The notes beneath the pieces were generated by a model that worked only from the letters and a program-made list of their open reading frames with translations, was not told where the DNA came from and did not search any database. Of a DNA stretch of 32,000 nucleotides, positions 28,165 through 32,000 are shown in pieces. The stretch covers positions 240,001 through 272,000 of the forward strand of contig BAAFHK010000001.1 in the NCBI GenBank assembly GCA_042852035.1, written 5' to 3'. This stretch comes from Candidatus Saccharimonadota bacterium (lineage in GTDB: Bacteria > Patescibacteriota > Gracilibacteria > BD1-5 > UBA2023). The stretch's first letter is position 1. Each line of letters begins with the position of its first letter. The translations under genes were made by a program, and so were the position numbers.

Positions 28165-28578
28165 ATGGAACTCCTTTATTCCTGGTTTGCTATAGCTGCC
28201 CTTTTTCTTATTATTGAGCTTATAACATCGACATTTTACGGACTTTCGTTATCGTTTGCTGCTGGTGTAACGGCTCTTTATATACTTGTTTCGCATGAGT
28301 CTGCTTTTTCTCTGAATCAGGCCTGAATTTTTGTAGTAGCAAGTGCGATTTTTGCTTATATACTTCCAAGGATGCTTATATCTAAAGCTCCTGATGTTCC
28401 TCAAGGAACAGATAAATATGTTGGAGAGAAGCGAACAGTGAAAAAAGTTGGTTGAGACTTAAAAATTTCTCTTGATGGAGTTGATTATCTTGTCGAATCA
28501 GATGATGAAATCAATTCTTGAGATAAAGTCGAAGTACTCTGACATAAGGGTGCAAGCATGAAAGTTAAAAAGATCTAA
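28165..28578 (+). CDS. NfeD-family membrane protein
   Basis: 137 aa with two or three N-terminal TM segments and a C-terminal OB-like segment (GEKRTVKKVGGDLKISLDGVDYLVESDDEINSGDKVEVLG). This is the classical partner position after an SPFH gene. Confidence 0.8.
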
Positions 28579-29276
28579 TGAAAAAGATTCAAGAGAGGCA
28601 GATTCAAATCCTCAAGCACATTATCGAAGAATATATCAGAACTGGAGAAATAACTGGCTCAAAATCTCTTTTGGCAAAACATGATCTCCAGGTATCGAGT
28701 GCAACAGTCCGAAATGATATGGCCTCACTTGAAAAAATGGGGCTATTGTTTCAACCCTATAACAGTGCAGGGAGGCTCCCGACTACCCGAGGATTGAGAG
28801 TTTTTGTTGATTATCTTATAGAGGCTATGCCAGGGGTATTTATCGAAGCTGAAGAATACCATCGTCGACAAAGTGAAAATAATCGTATCGATGATACACT
28901 CTATGAACTTGTAGCTCGTCTTACTAAAACAACAGGAGAAATTACTTTTGCTTGCATTCCTTCGATTGGCACGTCGTACTATCTTGGTCTGTCGAATTAT
29001 CTCGAAAGGCATCGATGAATTCTTGGCGAAGAAATGTATCAGGTTATCAAATGCCTTGAAAATAAACATGAATTTATTTCTCTTCTTGAAGATCTTGATA
29101 TTACTTCGAGAGTTTCAGCGTTCATCGGAGAGGAAAATATTATCCCCGAGCTCGAAAGTTCGACAATGATAGTGAAAAAAATAGAAATTAATGGATACGA
29201 ATGATACCTTGGCATACTCGGATCAACCATGATGGATTACGCTTTTAATATAACAGCACTCAGGCAGATTTTATAA
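28578..29276 (+). CDS. hrcA: HrcA-like heat-inducible repressor (short form, 232 aa)
   Basis: MKKIQERQIQILKHIIEEYIRTGEITGSKSLLAKHDLQVSSATVRNDMASLEKMGLLFQPYNSAGRLPTTRGLRVF. The start overlaps the nfeD stop (TAATG). Two TGA=Gly. The stop is TAA 29274-29276. Confidence 0.8.
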
Positions 29277-29376
29277 TCTAAAATAAAAATTTGCATTTTG
29301 TAAATATTTATTATTATACATCTAATATATAAAAACACAACTTTACACATTGGTTGAGAGTTTTTAAGTCTATTAG

Positions 29377-30894
29377 ATGAAGATAACTTATCGAATTCTA
29401 TTTTTTGTTATAAGTAGCTTTTGTGCAATGCAATTTTGTATTGCTCATCCTCTTGATGTTTCGAATACGACACTTAGTATTTATGATGATTCTATTATTG
29501 GGGTAACCTATATTCATCCTGTTGAACTCGATAGGATACTGGTTGCTAGTTGAGGCATAGAGCCTGCAGAGATTTCTGTAGATATGTATTACACATTGAC
29601 GGGCGTTTTGACTGCGTATCTTGGTGAGTCACTTGAAGTAGAAGTATGAGGTATAAAATGTAGTATTGGCGAGTATAGTTTTCGAGAAAATCTCATGATT
29701 GATGAAATATATTCCTGATGATTTCCGATTTCGTATGTGTTTCGTTGCGGAAAAAAAGTACTCGATCCACGAATTACAATAAATTTTATGACTGAAGTTC
29801 CACTTCAGACGAATAAACTCTATATTTATCAAAAAAAGGGAACTGAGATGGTCCGTACAGACTATAAAGTTCTTAATGCTCAGAAAAAGAGCCACTCTCT
29901 CACTTTTGCTAGAGATTTGCAGAGTGAAAAAGTGTTTGATACGGATAATGATTGACTTACTGATGAAGATGAGCTTTTGTATCGAACGGATCCAAGTCGT
30001 TCAGATACTGATAATGACGGATATGCTGACGGACTTGAGATAGAAAAGTCCTGGAATCCGCTTTCCCAAGAACTCTCTCCGGGACAGTATCCTTATGAAA
30101 AAACAGAGGAACCAAGAGAAATTCCTCTCTCGTCTCAAGAGAGTTTTCATCCACAAAATAATAATCTTCTCCAAGATAGTGGTGTCTGGTGATCGGAATT
30201 ATTTCATGAAGTACTGAGAAAGATTCGAATCTATATTGATGATGGAGAGAGTCCAATTTCTATTTTCCTTCTCTTAGTTTCTGTTGTGATTCTTTGATTC
30301 TTTCATGCCCTTGGACCATGACATTCCAAATGAGTATTGGTATCGCAAATTATCAATGAAGATATGAGCTATATTCGTAGTATATTTTACTGTTGAGTTT
30401 TTACTTTTGTACACCTTTTGGATATCGTAATTGTCGTTATACTCTCAAAATTCCTTTTTTCTTATATTGATTCGAGTGTATACCTTTCATATATTGCTCG
30501 CTTGAGTACGGTACTTATTTTCTGAATTTCATTCTATTTGCTCTATCGTTCTGTCTCGAAATATTTTGTGAAAAATAGAAATTTATGAATAAATAACTCC
30601 ACCCACCAGAAGGGCTCTATATTTCTTGCTATAATTACTGGTCTCACTCCATGCGCTTTTTGATGGAGTATTTTTCTTATGCTCTTTGCTCTCAAAAAAA
30701 TTAATCTAGCACTCCCAATCCTTTCTGCTCTTGGTTTAGGTATTTTTCTCTGTCTCCTGAGTATTGCTACAGTAACCTGGTATTCGAGATCAAAAATATA
30801 TAGTTTCTCTCCAAAAATTTCTCAGATATCACCAATTATTTCTTCCGTATTTCTCTTATTCATTGGATCAGGCCTTTTACTACAAAATTTTTAA
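29377..30894 (+). CDS. NicO/RcnA-like (COG2215-type) metal transporter fused to an N-terminal extracytoplasmic domain with TSP3-like Ca-binding repeats
   Basis: 505 aa in one frame. It has a signal/TM N-terminus. The repeats are DTDNDGLTDEDELLYRTDPSRSDTDNDGYADGLE. A polytopic C-terminal half follows, carrying the motif GFFHALGPGHSKG. Confidence 0.75.
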
Positions 30895-30903
30895 TTTTTT
30901 TCT

Positions 30904-32000
30904 ATGAAAAAATTTCTCTCCCTTCTTCTTGTTCTCATTGTTTTAGTGTATAATACTTTTTTTATCACTTCGGCACTTCCGACAAACAATCTTTCATCAC
31001 CTTGGACGAGAGAAAAAGCAGAGCATCTTGCAAAGGCGGTCCTCTTTTCTGCAGATGCCAGGATGATAGATGATCTTTATAGTGCAGGAAGCGCAGCGCG
31101 TGCGGTCGATATTCTTTTCCCAAGTAGAGAGGGTCCTGATAGGACAGAATTTAAAAATTATCTCACTGCCTATACCTCTTCTGGATTTAATTGGGCGGAT
31201 GCAAACCACACAACAAGACTTTATCAGATTGTCTACGGAGCAGATCCCTATGAAGCGAAAAGAAAGCTTTTTTCACTATTCGAAGATATTTTTTCAGTGA
31301 ATAATGATAGCGGAAAAGATATAACTTTTAAAGATATTTCTGACTTACATACGCTCATATATGATAATATGTTTGGAGATTATCAGCTTCTAGTAAAAAA
31401 AGTTCTTTATAATAACTGATGAAGAGGGGATTACGCACTTTGAGCTTTTTTGGACCTTTTTAATCAAAATGACCCAGCCAAACCAAATGAGAACTACGCT
31501 CGTGAATTATTGCAGCTTTTTCTTATGGGGGAATATAAACCTCATGAATCAAAAGACAATGGTGATGTAAGGAATTACGAAGAATCTGATGTTCTGGCTC
31601 TTGCAAAGATACTTACTGGTCTCCGTTCTGTTCCTACAAGTCATGTTCTTTATTTTGATTCCACAAATCATTATGTTGCAAATCAGATTTCATTTTTAAC
31701 AGGTTCGATGTCTGAAACATTTCCATATTATAATACCTCTTCATGATTAATTGATCCAGTTAGTATTGTTGCTCCAGTAAATGCAAATAATTGACTTACA
31801 GATAATGTGATTGAGTATATTTTTGCTAAAAGATCAGATGCTATTGCTCTCTTTCTCGCTGATAGAATTGTACGATTTTATATTGAAGACAAGCCAAGCC
31901 GTGATAAGTTAGATTATGTGGCAGCGATTATTAAATCAAATAATTTTGATATCTATAATTCAGTAAAATCGATACTCACACTCGATATGATGTATTCAGA
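30904..32000 (+). CDS. DUF1800 family protein (3'-truncated by the window edge)
   Basis: It has a signal-like N-terminus, then ...NENYARELLQLFLMGEYKP... and DVLALAKILTGL, typical of DUF1800. ORFs 30904-31419 and 31450-31746 are joined by TGA=Gly. Confidence 0.85.

Noticed and set aside
1-32000. Widespread gene fragmentation in the standard-code ORF track, suggesting a heavily pseudogenised region
   Set aside because: All of the breaks are TGA codons. Reading TGA as Gly restores full-length, motif-complete proteins with lengths divisible by three and TAA/TAG ends.

Overview
The window looks like a stretch of chromosome from a low-GC bacterium that reads TGA as glycine (genetic code 25, used by Gracilibacteria/BD1-5 and Absconditabacteria/SR1). 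The supplied standard-code ORF track is therefore artificially fragmented. Almost every gene carries in-frame TGA codons at positions that are conserved Gly in well-known families (IspG, Obg, LeuS, U32 peptidase, Walker A of an ATPase). Every stop I could confirm is TAA or TAG. All CDS coordinates below are my own re-translation with TGA=Gly, checked for length divisible by 3 and for absence of TAA/TAG.

Content, left to right:
- a HAD hydrolase fragment and ispG
- a copper module: copZ-like, csoR and DUF305, with a promoter-embedded palindrome
- a UDG-like gene and a U32 peptidase
- a rod-shaped ~200-nt ncRNA candidate and a DKNYY repeat protein
- a sulfide/persulfide-type stress cluster in three transcription units that share one promoter-embedded palindromic operator: trx-tauE-MBL dioxygenase; DUF2202-rhodanese-DUF4395; and arsR(SqrR/BigR-like)-rhodanese-grx
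- that cluster is interrupted by an AT-rich single-gene defence candidate, a fused ABC-type ATPase + Toprim protein (OLD/PARIS-like)
- an aldo/keto reductase, two hypothetical proteins (one with a peptidoglycan-binding-like C-terminus), an HExxH membrane protein and obg
- rpmG, rpsF-ssb-rpsR, a VirB2/TrbC-like small pilin and leuS
- a promoter-to-terminator ~330-nt GC-enriched structured RNA candidate
- a ~560-bp very high-GC segment: a Shine-Dalgarno-led lipoprotein ORF with foreign codon usage and a TGA terminator
- an unknown gene with a cofD/yvcK-like gene, SPFH-nfeD-hrcA, a NicO/RcnA-like transporter fusion, and a truncated DUF1800 gene

I found no rRNA, tRNA, CRISPR array or transposase.
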